Virus record (IMG/VR): IMGVR_UViG_3300007960_000019
From: an uncultured virus (IMG/VR IMGVR_UViG_3300007960_000019)
Lineage: Duplodnaviria > Heunggongvirae > Uroviricota > Caudoviricetes
DNA length: 64,000 nucleotides
Reading direction: 5' to 3' (one strand)
Part shown: in pieces, positions 1-9,939 of the stretch
Layout: each line of letters opens with the position of its first letter
Position numbering within the stretch: the first letter of the stretch is position 1
Position numbers and translations under genes: made by a program
The notes under the pieces: model-generated
The model's database searches: none
Told to the model about the DNA's origin: nothing
Seen by the model: only the letters and a program-made list of their open reading frames with translations

Positions 1-321
1 ACGAACCCGACAATTACTGGTACGGCCATTGAGGATATCTACGCACTCTCTGGCACGACCCCAGCGCTGGAGCCAGACAACGGTTCGATCCAGACATGGA
101 CGCTGACTGGCAATTCAACGCCAACTGATGGCTTCTCGGCAGGTCAGGCGGTCACGCTGATGATTAACGATGGCACCGCCTACACGATCACTTGGCCGAC
201 GATGACTTGGGTCAACAATGGCGGCACTGCACCTACGCTGGCGACATCCGGCTATACTGTGATTGCGCTGTGGAAGGTTTCGACCACCTTGTATGGCGCT
301 CTCGTTGGGGATGGCTCTTGA
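1..321 (+). CDS. C-terminal part of a tail fibre protein (5' truncated by window)
   Basis: Frame 1 is open from base 1 (TNPTITGTAIEDIYALSGTTPALEPDNGSIQTWTL...LVGDGS) to TGA 319-321. It is paralogous to the end of the fibre at 62969-64000. Confidence 0.7.
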   Translation, partial: TNPTITGTAIEDIYALSGTTPALEPDNGSIQTWTLTGNSTPTDGFSAGQAVTLMINDGTAYTITWPTMTWVNNGGTAPTLATSGYTVIALWKVSTTLYGALVGDGS

Positions 322-995
322 TGTTTACGACAGGCAAACTGATGGGCGCTGGCGGGTTTGGTGGTGCCCTTGAAGTTTCATACATCACATCCAGCAACTA
401 TGGCGCATCGACTGGCGGAACGCTAACGATGCCCTCCTGCCAAGATGGTGACATCCTGCTCGTTCTTCAGGCGGCAAATGCCAGTATTAATTCGGGCATC
501 CCCGCCGCCAGATATGGGACTGGGTTCACCTCCATCACAACGCGGGGGGCTCTAACAGAGGGCAGAGGCGAAACTGGGTCAAGAATATGCGCCTCATATA
601 AGGTTGCAGTGGCTGCGGATAGTGGGGCCGCAAAAACTGGGTTTATGAATAGTTATAGGGAGTGGGCAAAAGTTTATGTCTATCGTCCAAGCTACACCGT
701 CTCTTCCGTAAACATCCTTGACGTTGAGGGTGGTGCGACTAGTGGAAATCCGCCAGCATTAACCGCAAATTGCAGCGCCTCGTCTTATCCAACGATTAGC
801 GCAGCGGCGGCTCGTGGCGGCTCCGCAACGACTTGGTCTGTTACACTGACTTCCACTACGCCAACAGCCGATTCTTCATACACAGGCATGTTTGCGCTGG
901 GACAAAATCCGACAGCGACTGATTTCGTGTCGGATGCAAGTGATGGTGGGACAGCGAACATATACTTTTCGTTCTATCTAGAACTTGAACCGTAA
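321..995 (+). CDS. putative tail fibre-associated/virion protein
   Basis: ATG overlaps the upstream stop (TGATG). G/S/T-rich product lying between a fibre and a fibre chaperone. Confidence 0.5.
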   Translation: MFTTGKLMGAGGFGGALEVSYITSSNYGASTGGTLTMPSCQDGDILLVLQAANASINSGIPAARYGTGFTSITTRGALTEGRGETGSRICASYKVAVAADSGAAKTGFMNSYREWAKVYVYRPSYTVSSVNILDVEGGATSGNPPALTANCSASSYPTISAAAARGGSATTWSVTLTSTTPTADSSYTGMFALGQNPTATDFVSDASDGGTANIYFSFYLELEP

Positions 996-1005
996 GGAGA
1001 GACTA

Positions 1006-1494
1006 ATGAGCATACCTTATGTAAAAGTCGTCAACAACCAAGCGACGGCATACCCCTACACCTTCGGTCAACTCCGTAAGGACAACCCGAATGTCTCGTT
1101 CCCCAAGAGCATGCCCTTGGGACGCTTGGCAGAGTGGGGTTTGTTTCCAACCGTTGAAGTAGACGCACCTACGTTCGACGAACAAACGGAGTTTCGTGAG
1201 AAGGACGCACTACCGACATTAGTAAATGGTGTCTGGGAGCGCCGCTGGACAGTTCGTGCTGCGACCGTAGAGGAGCAAGCAGAAGCCACTGAGCGGAAGG
1301 CGGCAGAGGTTCGTGCAGAACGGGACCGTCGGTTAGTTGAGGAAGTTGATAAACTCTCCAACAACCCAATGCGTTGGGCGGATTGGCTCCCTACTCAACA
1401 TACCAAGATTTCTGAACATCGTCAAGCACTTCTCGACGTTCCTCAACAAGCAGGCTTCCCCTACGAAGTTGTGTGGCCTGTTCTGGTGGTCTGA
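1006..1494 (+). CDS. tail fibre assembly chaperone-like protein
   Basis: SD AAGGAGA before ATG 1006. C-terminus VRAERDRRL...HRQALLDVPQQAGFPYEVVWP is typical of phage tail fibre assembly proteins. Confidence 0.7.
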   Translation: MSIPYVKVVNNQATAYPYTFGQLRKDNPNVSFPKSMPLGRLAEWGLFPTVEVDAPTFDEQTEFREKDALPTLVNGVWERRWTVRAATVEEQAEATERKAAEVRAERDRRLVEEVDKLSNNPMRWADWLPTQHTKISEHRQALLDVPQQAGFPYEVVWPVLVV

Positions 1495-2060
1495 TGCTTT
1501 ACTTCCCCGATGCCAACTTGGCTTTTGTTGCAGTTCCTAAAACAGGTAGTACTGCGGTAGAGACTGCGTTTGAGCATTTGTCTGAGGTTAAGCACACCTT
1601 CGGTGATGTGCGGAGTATGCATCGGCCAGCATCTTGGATTAGGAAAACGTATGGCCCCACCGTTGAGATTGTTGGGGTCGTCCGTGAACCAACGAGTTGG
1701 GTGATTAGCAAGTACAGATACCTGTGTAGCGACCTTTTTGAGACTAAGGCAAGTCAAAGGTTGGTTGGTTTTGATAGGTTCATCAAAAAGGTTTTGCGTG
1801 GGGAGAAGCCTTGGCCTGAACCCCTCAAGAACCAGACTGAGTATCTGGACGGCGCTGACACGGTTTTTAGATATGAAGACCTAGACGCTCTAGTGGACTA
1901 CATGGGAGATAGGGTTGGACAGACTGTGGCGTTGCAAAAGGTTAACGTCTCACCCGCCATTGATGTGTCGTTATCGACAGATCAGGTGTCTGCGCTTCGG
2001 TATCACTTCTCTGCGGACTTAAACCTTTACACAGGAACAACCCATTTTAAACCGGAGTAA
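1494..2060 (+). CDS. sulfotransferase family protein
   Basis: FVAVPKTGSTA (PAPS 5'-phosphosulfate-binding loop), VVREP..W.IS.Y and FRYEDL motifs. Confidence 0.7.
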   Translation: MLYFPDANLAFVAVPKTGSTAVETAFEHLSEVKHTFGDVRSMHRPASWIRKTYGPTVEIVGVVREPTSWVISKYRYLCSDLFETKASQRLVGFDRFIKKVLRGEKPWPEPLKNQTEYLDGADTVFRYEDLDALVDYMGDRVGQTVALQKVNVSPAIDVSLSTDQVSALRYHFSADLNLYTGTTHFKPE

Positions 2061-2152
2061 ATAACTAAAAGGCTAGGGCTGTAGAGTAATCTATGGCCCC
2101 GCCCCCTCTTTAAACTCTAAAAATATAACCCTAACCGAAAGGTATCCTCTTA

Positions 2153-2884
2153 ATGGCAAAACGCAAACTTCGTCAAACTTGTCGTGAAACAGCTTATGCC
2201 CGCGAAGAACGCCACGAGCGTCAATTCCGCGAGACTTTTGAGAACCGTTCTCATTTCAACATCCTTCCAAAGAACGAGAAGCAGGATATCCTTATCCGCT
2301 CTATTAAGTGTGCACCTATCACCGTGACCATTGGCTGCGCTGGTACAGGTAAGACTTATTGTTCAGCAGGAACTGTTGCACAGTTGTTTCTAAAAGGCGG
2401 TTATAAGAAGATTGTTTTGACAAGGGCTAACGTACCAACAGGTAAATCTCTCGGTCACTTCCCCGGTAACATTAAAGAAAAGATGACCCCTTGGTTGCTT
2501 CCTATGATGGAAGTACTACGTAAAGCCCTTGGTTCAGGGAAGATGGAGTATATGCTCGCTAAAGAGCAGATTGAGATTCAACCTATTGAGACCATTCGGG
2601 GGCGTTCCTATGAGAACGCTCTCGTACTTGTAGACGAATCACAAAACCTCAATATGGATGAACTTAAGGCTATTACCACACGTATCGGCGAAAATACTAA
2701 GTTGGTTCTTATGGGCGACCCCACTCAGTCCGATGTTAAATATGGTAAAGACTTGATGACTTTCTGCTGGCTCTGCCGTAAGCATGGGCTTGACGTCCCT
2801 GTAATTGAGTTCGGTGTACAAGATATTGTCCGTAGCGACATTGTGGCCGACCTCGTGAAGATGTTTATCGAAGAGAAGGTCTAA
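2153..2884 (+). CDS. phoH: PhoH-like ATPase
   Basis: GCAGTGKT Walker A, LGHFPG, IRGRS, VDESQN, GDPTQSD and DIVRS motifs. Confidence 0.92.
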   Translation: MAKRKLRQTCRETAYAREERHERQFRETFENRSHFNILPKNEKQDILIRSIKCAPITVTIGCAGTGKTYCSAGTVAQLFLKGGYKKIVLTRANVPTGKSLGHFPGNIKEKMTPWLLPMMEVLRKALGSGKMEYMLAKEQIEIQPIETIRGRSYENALVLVDESQNLNMDELKAITTRIGENTKLVLMGDPTQSDVKYGKDLMTFCWLCRKHGLDVPVIEFGVQDIVRSDIVADLVKMFIEEKV

Positions 2885-2892
2885 AAACTGGC

Positions 2893-2958
2893 ACGAGGAG
2901 TAGCCTAGTAGGTTCTGCATGGCAACCCCATCGTAGACTCTACCTCGCTACTCCTCGT
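2893..2958 (+). promoter_or_regulatory. long imperfect intergenic stem-loop (possible RNase III-type processing site)
   Basis: ACGAGGAGTAGC (2893-2904) pairs perfectly with GCTACTCCTCGT (2947-2958); further inner pairings; no U-tract follows. Confidence 0.55.
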
Positions 2959-2985
2959 TGCTCTCTGTAGCACTCTGGAGGGGTT

Positions 2986-3426
2986 ATGTACTACACTGTA
3001 GAAGAGATGTTAACCGCCCTAGATGCGGCGAATAAGACTATTAATCACCGCACTTTTAGTGGCGAATCCTATACTCGTGGTTGGAATGACTGTATGGCTT
3101 TCCTTATCGAATACGATAAAGAGCTACGAGGAACCACTAGAGCCTATGATATTGTAGACTTTGAGTGGAAGAACACAAAAGATTTCATGCTCAAGTTAGC
3201 CCGTAAAGGGGTTTCCTTGAGTCAGTTTGCAGAATATTGCGGATATGAGGTTATCACCAGTAAACGTCCCAAAGCAGGCGATATAGCCTTTGATAATGGG
3301 GCTATGATTAGTGATGGACGAGTCTGGATATCAACAAAAGAAAACAACACTGGTGTAGACTGCTCTAAGCAGATGATGTTTCTCGAACGTAACTTTAAAC
3401 TTATAGCAAGACCACTAAGGGGATGA
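2986..3426 (+). CDS. tail-associated NlpC/P60-like protein
   Basis: Y.RGWNDC..F motif and PKAGDI; located at the start of the tail tip cluster. Confidence 0.6.
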   Translation: MYYTVEEMLTALDAANKTINHRTFSGESYTRGWNDCMAFLIEYDKELRGTTRAYDIVDFEWKNTKDFMLKLARKGVSLSQFAEYCGYEVITSKRPKAGDIAFDNGAMISDGRVWISTKENNTGVDCSKQMMFLERNFKLIARPLRG

Positions 3427-4037
3427 CTATGGCATATTATTATAATGGCGCAAGGATTGTTGTACCGTTCACAATTACCTCTAACGAACCAACTTACCAC
3501 ACAGATACTATCTCTTTGAAGACTCAAAGATCCTCTTATGGGCATCAGCGTTGGGAGCTAAGTTTCACAACAGTTCTCACTGAAGCTGAACAGGTAGACG
3601 GTCTTGTAGCATCAATTCTTGAAGCAAAGACTACGGGTACTATGGTGATGCCTCAACTTGCCAACGTAGTTGCTAATAAAACAATAAGCTCTGATTCTGT
3701 TAATGTTGTAACTAATGCTTCTATTGGGGCTTCCTCTGTCATCCTTTCAGGTACTAGTGTGGTTGGTAAGCTCCCAAAAGGATCCTTCATTAAGTTCAGC
3801 AACCATGATAAGGTTTACATGGTAACATCAGACTGCGAGTTTAACAATGTATCAAACCAAGAGTTAAACATCTATCCAAACCTACGTTCAGATCTGACAG
3901 CCTCTGCTCACTCTATAAAAGCAGGTGATTTATGTACATTCATCTATTACCGAGATATTAATGACATTCAAGGTATTACTTTCATAGATGGTGTCTTGTC
4001 TAATACTGGTACAGTAAACCTAATTGAGGCAGTATAA
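3423..4037 (+). CDS. distal tail protein-like
   Basis: QRWELSF, GSFIKFSNHDKVYMV and IYPNLR patterns; synteny with tail tip genes. Confidence 0.6.
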   Translation: MTMAYYYNGARIVVPFTITSNEPTYHTDTISLKTQRSSYGHQRWELSFTTVLTEAEQVDGLVASILEAKTTGTMVMPQLANVVANKTISSDSVNVVTNASIGASSVILSGTSVVGKLPKGSFIKFSNHDKVYMVTSDCEFNNVSNQELNIYPNLRSDLTASAHSIKAGDLCTFIYYRDINDIQGITFIDGVLSNTGTVNLIEAV

Positions 4038-4597
4038 TGAGAACCTTTAGCACTAACGTACAAAACGTTTTAGACGGGGAGACCATTCAGTTTTTCTACC
4101 TAATCAAGCTTGAGTTTAGTTCTGATTATTTCTTTACAAGTTACAATAGTGACATTCCCTATGATGGTGATACCTATTTATCCGATGGTGGGCTTGTAGA
4201 GTTTGACTCTCCTTCCCTCAACAGTGTCGTAGATAGGGAAGCCTACAAGATTGTCATTGCAGATCAAGTAAATGAAATGCTCTCAGAGTTTCGTCTAGGT
4301 GTTGTTGGTAAAGTAATCGAGGTCCGTGTTGGGTTTCTTGATTCAAATGGTGTCCCTATGACAGACCCCGAAGATGTTATCCTTATCTATCGTGGCTTCG
4401 TAGACTCCCCTTCTGTGTCAAATGACTTTGAGCAGAAGCTTGCAATTATTGAAGGTACTTCTCCAATGTCCGACCTAGATGCTATCAATGATTTCATTTC
4501 TTCTAAAGATGGTATGGACCAAGTATCCGCTACGGATACCTCTTTCGATTCTATCTTTAAGGATAACGAAGTTTTAATCAAGTGGGGTAAAGTATAA
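4037..4597 (+). CDS. minor tail/hub protein
   Basis: YDGDTYL, IYRGFVD and C-terminal IKWG; immediately upstream of the tail tip gene. Confidence 0.6.
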   Translation: MRTFSTNVQNVLDGETIQFFYLIKLEFSSDYFFTSYNSDIPYDGDTYLSDGGLVEFDSPSLNSVVDREAYKIVIADQVNEMLSEFRLGVVGKVIEVRVGFLDSNGVPMTDPEDVILIYRGFVDSPSVSNDFEQKLAIIEGTSPMSDLDAINDFISSKDGMDQVSATDTSFDSIFKDNEVLIKWGKV

Positions 4598-7500
4598 TGG
4601 GCATTGAAACAGCTGTACTTCAGGCTTTGTACTTCTTAGCGTCTGTAGCTTATCAACAAGTGCAGACTGCCAAGCTTAAAAAGAAACAGGACAAAATGAA
4701 GGGCCTGCAGTTTACCCGAATTGGGGAAGCTGCATCAATCCCTCTTGTCTATGGCAGACAACGGCTAGGGGGTATCCAAGTTACTGAGAAGGTAACAAGT
4801 AGTTATACCTCTGCATCAGAAACAGGTTCCAATGTCTTTGATTATGACTTTGGGACAGCCTCACAAACAGGCTCAAAGAACGAGTTTCTGACTACTCAGT
4901 ATGTAATTGCCCGTGAAGGTATCAACCAAGTCAAGTATCTTAAGGTTAATGGTCAAGACTACGACAATGCTAAATCAAAGTTCAATCACCGTATCCGTTG
5001 CTTTACTTCTGGTGGCACAGCGGACCCCGTAGCTACGGCCAATGGTCTACCTTCAACGAACCTCTTCACTAACTGTTCTTTTGCAACAAGCCACTTTAAA
5101 CTAAACAGGGATGAACAAAACTATTCAGGTATTCCTGAAATGGGCTTTCTTGTGGAAGGTAATAAGATCCGCAGTGTAATCCGTAGCGGTACAGCACCTA
5201 ACTACACTTACGCTATGGATACCTCCTACACCTATAGTAACAACCCTGCTTATTGCCTACTGGACTATCTCCTGAATGCAGAGTATGGCAGAGGATTAAC
5301 AGTAGACTACGTGGACCTTGAGTCCTTCTACAATGCTGCCCAGCTATGTGATACTGTTGTGATGTCCGATGCAGCGGTAGGGGGTAAAATGTTCGGTCAA
5401 CCTCGTGTTAACACCGTAGCAACTTATTCAGAGTTACCTTCAACCCTTGAAGAGCAAGCCTACCCTAATGATCTTTGGTTGGCAGAAGATACAGGTCTCT
5501 ACTGGGAGTGGACCGAGAGTGGTGGAACTTGGCAATGGGCTGGAGCCAGCTTTGGTGCTGTACGGGATATCCCACTGTATGAGTGTAACATCGCTATTGA
5601 CACCTCAAGGTCAATCCGAGAGAACATCATAGACATCCTTGGGACAATGGGTCAGGCTGAACTAACCTACACCACAGAGGGAAAATACAAACTCTGCCTA
5701 GCATATCCCACAAATGATACTGAGATGGATGCGTTAATCCCTTCCTCTCTATACTTCAATAAAGATAACATCATCAACGATAGCTTCAATATCTCCTTTC
5801 CTAATGCTCAAGAAAGACTTAATCAGTGTACTGTGCGATTTCTTAATGAGCACAATGACTTCAAGGAAGATACAGCAACATGGCCAACAGTAGGTTCTAC
5901 TCCCTATACTACCTATCTCAGCGAAGATAACGGTGTTAAGCACCATGCTGACATTCCGGGTGTAGGTATTACAGACCCCTATCATGCCCTCGCAAAAGCA
6001 GAGCAGGAAGTTCGTAAATCACGTTCAATCTTTACAGTCTCTTTCACAACCAATAAAGAAGGTCTTGTTCTCGAACCCGGTGATTTTATCAAAGTCACGC
6101 TTGATGAGTCTGACCTTAATGAAGACATCTTCCGTGTTGAATCTATCAAGGTGAATGAAGATTTCTCTGTATCCATCAGTGCATACTTCTATGATTATAA
6201 CACTTTAACTTGGAATATTGCAGATGACGTAGACTACATCATCCCCCCTGACTATGATTATGTAGTTAGTCAACCTACAAATGTATCCTTCACCCCTTCA
6301 GACTCAAACATTTCAGGGTTCACAACAGGTTATGTAAGTTGGACAGCGGCGGATGATATTGCAGTAAGAGACTACGTTGTATACATCTCAACCGATAATA
6401 CTAACTTCTTCGAGCTTGGCACTACGAGGAATACATACTTTGATATCGGCAATGTAATTTCAGGAACCTACTACTTTGGGGTTAGATCTCGTACAGCTCT
6501 TGGTAAGCTGTCTAGTCTAGTAGTATCGGCCTCTAGTTCTGTTCCTGCTACAAATCTCGCGTTTGTTAATCTGCTGATCTTCAAGAGAGCTACCTCTACA
6601 CCATCAACTCCTACGGGTGGTGTCTATAACTGGGAAACGGGGACTATCACAACAGTACCAACTGGTTGGTCTACTACAGTTACTGCAGGTTCAGATCCGC
6701 TGTATGTCTCTACCGTATCTATCAGCACTAACAACCCTGCTGACACAAGCCACGCCATATCTGGTTGGGCTTCTCCAGCGATTTTGGCTCAAAATGGTGT
6801 TGACGGCGTAGATGGCACCGATGGTGCGGATGGTGTTACAGGTAAATCTGTTTATACAGGTGTAATTTATATCAGATCATCTTCAACCCCTGCAGCGCCT
6901 ACAGGTGGTTCTTTCAACTTCGGTACGAATACTCTAACACCGCCTTCTGGGTGGAGCTTAAGTGTACCTTCTGGTAGTAATCCTGTTTACGCAACACGTT
7001 ATGTATTCTCCATCATAGGTGATACAGGTAGCGTTACAGCGGGTACTTGGGTAACACCATTTAAAGTGGCTGAAAATGGTCAAGACGGTTTGGATGGTTC
7101 AGATGGTTTGTCAACGTACAATGCTATTATTTATCGTCGATCATCAACAACACCTTCAACACCTACAGGTGGTAGTTATGACTTCGGAACTAACAACCTA
7201 ACCCCGCCTACTGGGTGGAGTAGGACTATTCCTTCTGGTACAGACCCTGTATACACTACATCTGCTCTAGCAAGTGTAGTTGGTACCACGGGTACAGACA
7301 TAACACTCACTTGGTTTACTCCATACGAGCTCGTAAGGAATGGCGTCAATGGTGTAGATGGCCTGAGAGGTGCTGGTTGGTGGCGTTACGAGGATACTAC
7401 TAATGCTTCTAGCTACTATGCAACCTCTACACAGAGTCGCGTTAATAGTGCATTCTCAACAGCAACTGGAACGTCACCTGTTGAAGATGATCGTTTTATC

Positions 7501-8241
7501 ATTAGCTGTACTGATACCGCTATTGCTTACATCTACTCAAGTGCTAATTGGGTCACTCAAGCGGCGTTCATTGATGGTAATCTGCTTGTAAATGGAACAA
7601 TCACTTCAGATAAAGTTGAAACAGACTTCATCGATGCTTTCAGTATTAATGCGGATAACATCACTACAGGTACACTTGTTGCTAACCGGCTTGCTATCAA
7701 TGGTTCAGTTCTAACTGTGTCAGGGGGTAATCTTACGATCAACTCCAATGGTATCGAGCGTTCCTTTATCCAAGATAATGCGGTCTCTAACGGTGGTTAT
7801 GTTTCTTCTACTGCAAATACCTATGCTAATGACGCTACCACTTCTTCATTCACAGCAGGACTTGCTCTTACCCTAGACCAGTTTTGGAACTTTGGGGTAA
7901 GGGTCGTATATCGGGCTGCTTCCAGAACGTCTACCTACCTCCCAAAACCTGACTACTATAATAATGTAACTTACTACACTAGACCTGTTCTAGACTTGAG
8001 ACAAAAGGTTTCAGGTAGTTGGGGTAGCTGGTCTGAGGCGTATGTCTTCCCAGCGGCTACCGGGGAGTCCTATGTAGAAAAGTTCTACAGTTTTGCTTAC
8101 ATCAATGATATTGATGATGTCGAACTTAGACTACGGTTCGAAGTCTACCTTGGTAATACCTCTCAGGGAGCTCAAGTTAGTGAGTTCTCTACTCTAAACG
8201 TAGATTCAACAACCATTGTAGGGAGGGCCGTTGTGCGATGA
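4597..8241 (+). CDS. central tail tip / host specificity protein (gpJ-like)
   Basis: IPLVYGRQR, YSNNPAYCLLDYL, LEPGDFI, an Fn3-like segment, and three TP..PTGG...P.GWS repeats separated by collagen-like GxDG linkers. Confidence 0.85.
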   Translation: MGIETAVLQALYFLASVAYQQVQTAKLKKKQDKMKGLQFTRIGEAASIPLVYGRQRLGGIQVTEKVTSSYTSASETGSNVFDYDFGTASQTGSKNEFLTTQYVIAREGINQVKYLKVNGQDYDNAKSKFNHRIRCFTSGGTADPVATANGLPSTNLFTNCSFATSHFKLNRDEQNYSGIPEMGFLVEGNKIRSVIRSGTAPNYTYAMDTSYTYSNNPAYCLLDYLLNAEYGRGLTVDYVDLESFYNAAQLCDTVVMSDAAVGGKMFGQPRVNTVATYSELPSTLEEQAYPNDLWLAEDTGLYWEWTESGGTWQWAGASFGAVRDIPLYECNIAIDTSRSIRENIIDILGTMGQAELTYTTEGKYKLCLAYPTNDTEMDALIPSSLYFNKDNIINDSFNISFPNAQERLNQCTVRFLNEHNDFKEDTATWPTVGSTPYTTYLSEDNGVKHHADIPGVGITDPYHALAKAEQEVRKSRSIFTVSFTTNKEGLVLEPGDFIKVTLDESDLNEDIFRVESIKVNEDFSVSISAYFYDYNTLTWNIADDVDYIIPPDYDYVVSQPTNVSFTPSDSNISGFTTGYVSWTAADDIAVRDYVVYISTDNTNFFELGTTRNTYFDIGNVISGTYYFGVRSRTALGKLSSLVVSASSSVPATNLAFVNLLIFKRATSTPSTPTGGVYNWETGTITTVPTGWSTTVTAGSDPLYVSTVSISTNNPADTSHAISGWASPAILAQNGVDGVDGTDGADGVTGKSVYTGVIYIRSSSTPAAPTGGSFNFGTNTLTPPSGWSLSVPSGSNPVYATRYVFSIIGDTGSVTAGTWVTPFKVAENGQDGLDGSDGLSTYNAIIYRRSSTTPSTPTGGSYDFGTNNLTPPTGWSRTIPSGTDPVYTTSALASVVGTTGTDITLTWFTPYELVRNGVNGVDGLRGAGWWRYEDTTNASSYYATSTQSRVNSAFSTATGTSPVEDDRFIISCTDTAIAYIYSSANWVTQAAFIDGNLLVNGTITSDKVETDFIDAFSINADNITTGTLVANRLAINGSVLTVSGGNLTINSNGIERSFIQDNAVSNGGYVSSTANTYANDATTSSFTAGLALTLDQFWNFGVRVVYRAASRTSTYLPKPDYYNNVTYYTRPVLDLRQKVSGSWGSWSEAYVFPAATGESYVEKFYSFAYINDIDDVELRLRFEVYLGNTSQGAQVSEFSTLNVDSTTIVGRAVVR

Positions 8242-8627
8242 TAAGCTATGTAATCTTAGATGAAAACAATTCTGTGGTGTCAGTAGGTAGAGCTAGTCAA
8301 CCCCCAGAAGGGGCAGTTATCGTAGACTTACAGCCAGAGTACGTTCCTAGTCTACTTGGGGGGCGTATCGTAAATGATACGCTCCTACTGCCCGTTGATT
8401 GTGCTACTATCAGCATAGACGGTAGCAATGTAACAATCACGAAAGCCTCAGAACTTTCTAGTTGTGATGTTTTAGTCCTTGATGTCTTCTATGACGAGGA
8501 TATCCTTCGAACTAACCTCACAGACGATTCCTTGAGTTTGAATTTCGAAGACTCTGGCCAGTATCAAGTCCTATGTACTAGTTCTGAAGTGGGATTCAAA
8601 AATGTCTATAGGGAGCTACGACTATGA
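8238..8627 (+). CDS. hypothetical protein (tail region)
   Basis: Translationally coupled ORF (ATGA overlaps at both ends). Confidence 0.5.
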   Translation: MISYVILDENNSVVSVGRASQPPEGAVIVDLQPEYVPSLLGGRIVNDTLLLPVDCATISIDGSNVTITKASELSSCDVLVLDVFYDEDILRTNLTDDSLSLNFEDSGQYQVLCTSSEVGFKNVYRELRL

Positions 8628-9040
8628 CAATCACAATCACACGTAGTGAGCATAGTAAACAGGCAGAACTTGAAAGTATTAAAGTAAAAACCATTGCGGA
8701 GTTCGAAGATAAAATTGGTTCATTAAGAAATAAAATCATGACACCTATCCTCGGACAAGATTATGTGTACCAATCAAAATATGCAGAGGCAATGGAGTTC
8801 ATCAATACGGGTAGCTCCTCGGGTCCATTCTTGACACGAGAAGCCGAGGCTAGAAATGTCGATGTGAACACCATTGTAACAATCGTTTTAAGTAGTAAAC
8901 AAGTAATGGACTCTAACCTCGCTGATTTAGAAGTCTTGAGATTCAACTTCAAAGAAGCTATCAGCAATGTTACTTCCAAACAGGAACTCTCCAATACCCT
9001 CTTGGTTTTTGAAGAGATGCTTCAAACCTATGAAGATTAA
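8624..9040 (+). CDS. tail-associated hypothetical protein
   Basis: GQDYVYQSKYAEA...PFLTREAEARN pattern resembles small proteins found after tail tips. Confidence 0.5.
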   Translation: MTITITRSEHSKQAELESIKVKTIAEFEDKIGSLRNKIMTPILGQDYVYQSKYAEAMEFINTGSSSGPFLTREAEARNVDVNTIVTIVLSSKQVMDSNLADLEVLRFNFKEAISNVTSKQELSNTLLVFEEMLQTYED

Positions 9041-9557
9041 GTATTGCGTTGATCAACTCTCCCAGATACGTCGTCATTGGTACGACATCATCAAGCTTGT
9101 TACAATCCGAGGTTTTAACGATAACTTAAATAGGTTGAAGTTCCTTAGTAAACAAGAGGCTGTCTGTGTTTATGCTTATGATGAAGAGTCTAAAAAAGTA
9201 TTAGGGGTTGTCATCTTTACTTGTATTCTTGACAACTCCGAATACACCCGGAATAAACTGCAAGAACTTAATATTCATCACAAGGAAACTATGCAGAATG
9301 GGTTGATCTTCGTTGATCAAAACTACACCGGATTGGGTATCGCTACAAACCTTTTCGATATTCGAAATAGGGTCGGTTATGATATGGGCTTTCGTTATGT
9401 CATAACCACCCACTTCGAAGGTGCTGCCGGTAGAGATTGGCAGGCTAAGAAACTTAAAACACACTATCTTGACGAGAATATCATTATAGTAAAATTACAA
9501 GAAGGATCTATAAAGAATGGCACCATTACTAACAATCCTAGCACCTATTCTCGGTGA
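9030..9557 (+). CDS. GNAT family acetyltransferase-like protein
   Basis: IFVDQNYTGLGIATNL resembles GNAT motif A (V...Y.G.G.A..L). Confidence 0.6.
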   Translation: MKIKYCVDQLSQIRRHWYDIIKLVTIRGFNDNLNRLKFLSKQEAVCVYAYDEESKKVLGVVIFTCILDNSEYTRNKLQELNIHHKETMQNGLIFVDQNYTGLGIATNLFDIRNRVGYDMGFRYVITTHFEGAAGRDWQAKKLKTHYLDENIIIVKLQEGSIKNGTITNNPSTYSR

Positions 9558-9939
9558 TGTGATCAAGAGAATCATCCCAGACATGGACAAGCGGGCAGAT
9601 ATCGAAAGGGAAGTTAAACTAGCCCTTCTCGAACACACTGAAAGCCTAGAAAGTGTTCGAGGACAAATCATCCTTGCTGAAGCTAAGTCAGAGAGCTGGA
9701 TGACATCAACTTGGCGTCCACTACTAATGCTGATTGTTGTTTGCATCATCGCTTGCAACTATCTTATTTTTCCAATCCTAGGTGTGTTCCTAGAAGGTTT
9801 ACCTATTCTTGAACTCCCAGCCGAGCTTTGGAATCTGCTAACTCTAGGCGTAGGTGGTTACATCGTCGGTAGGTCCGGCGAGAAGATGATCGATAAATGG
9901 ACTGCTCAGTCAGGTAACACAGGAAGGGATGACCGATGA
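9517..9939 (+). CDS. holin (3TM, GTA-type)
   Basis: AEAKSESW...WRP, hydrophobic helices, LGVGGYIVGRS.EK; adjacent to the endolysin. Confidence 0.85.
   Translation: MAPLLTILAPILGDVIKRIIPDMDKRADIEREVKLALLEHTESLESVRGQIILAEAKSESWMTSTWRPLLMLIVVCIIACNYLIFPILGVFLEGLPILELPAELWNLLTLGVGGYIVGRSGEKMIDKWTAQSGNTGRDDR

Noticed and set aside
192..320. Upstream start of the 267-aa ORF at 192
   Set aside because: It overlaps the frame-1 fibre C-terminus; ATG 321, coupled to that gene's stop, is the more plausible start.
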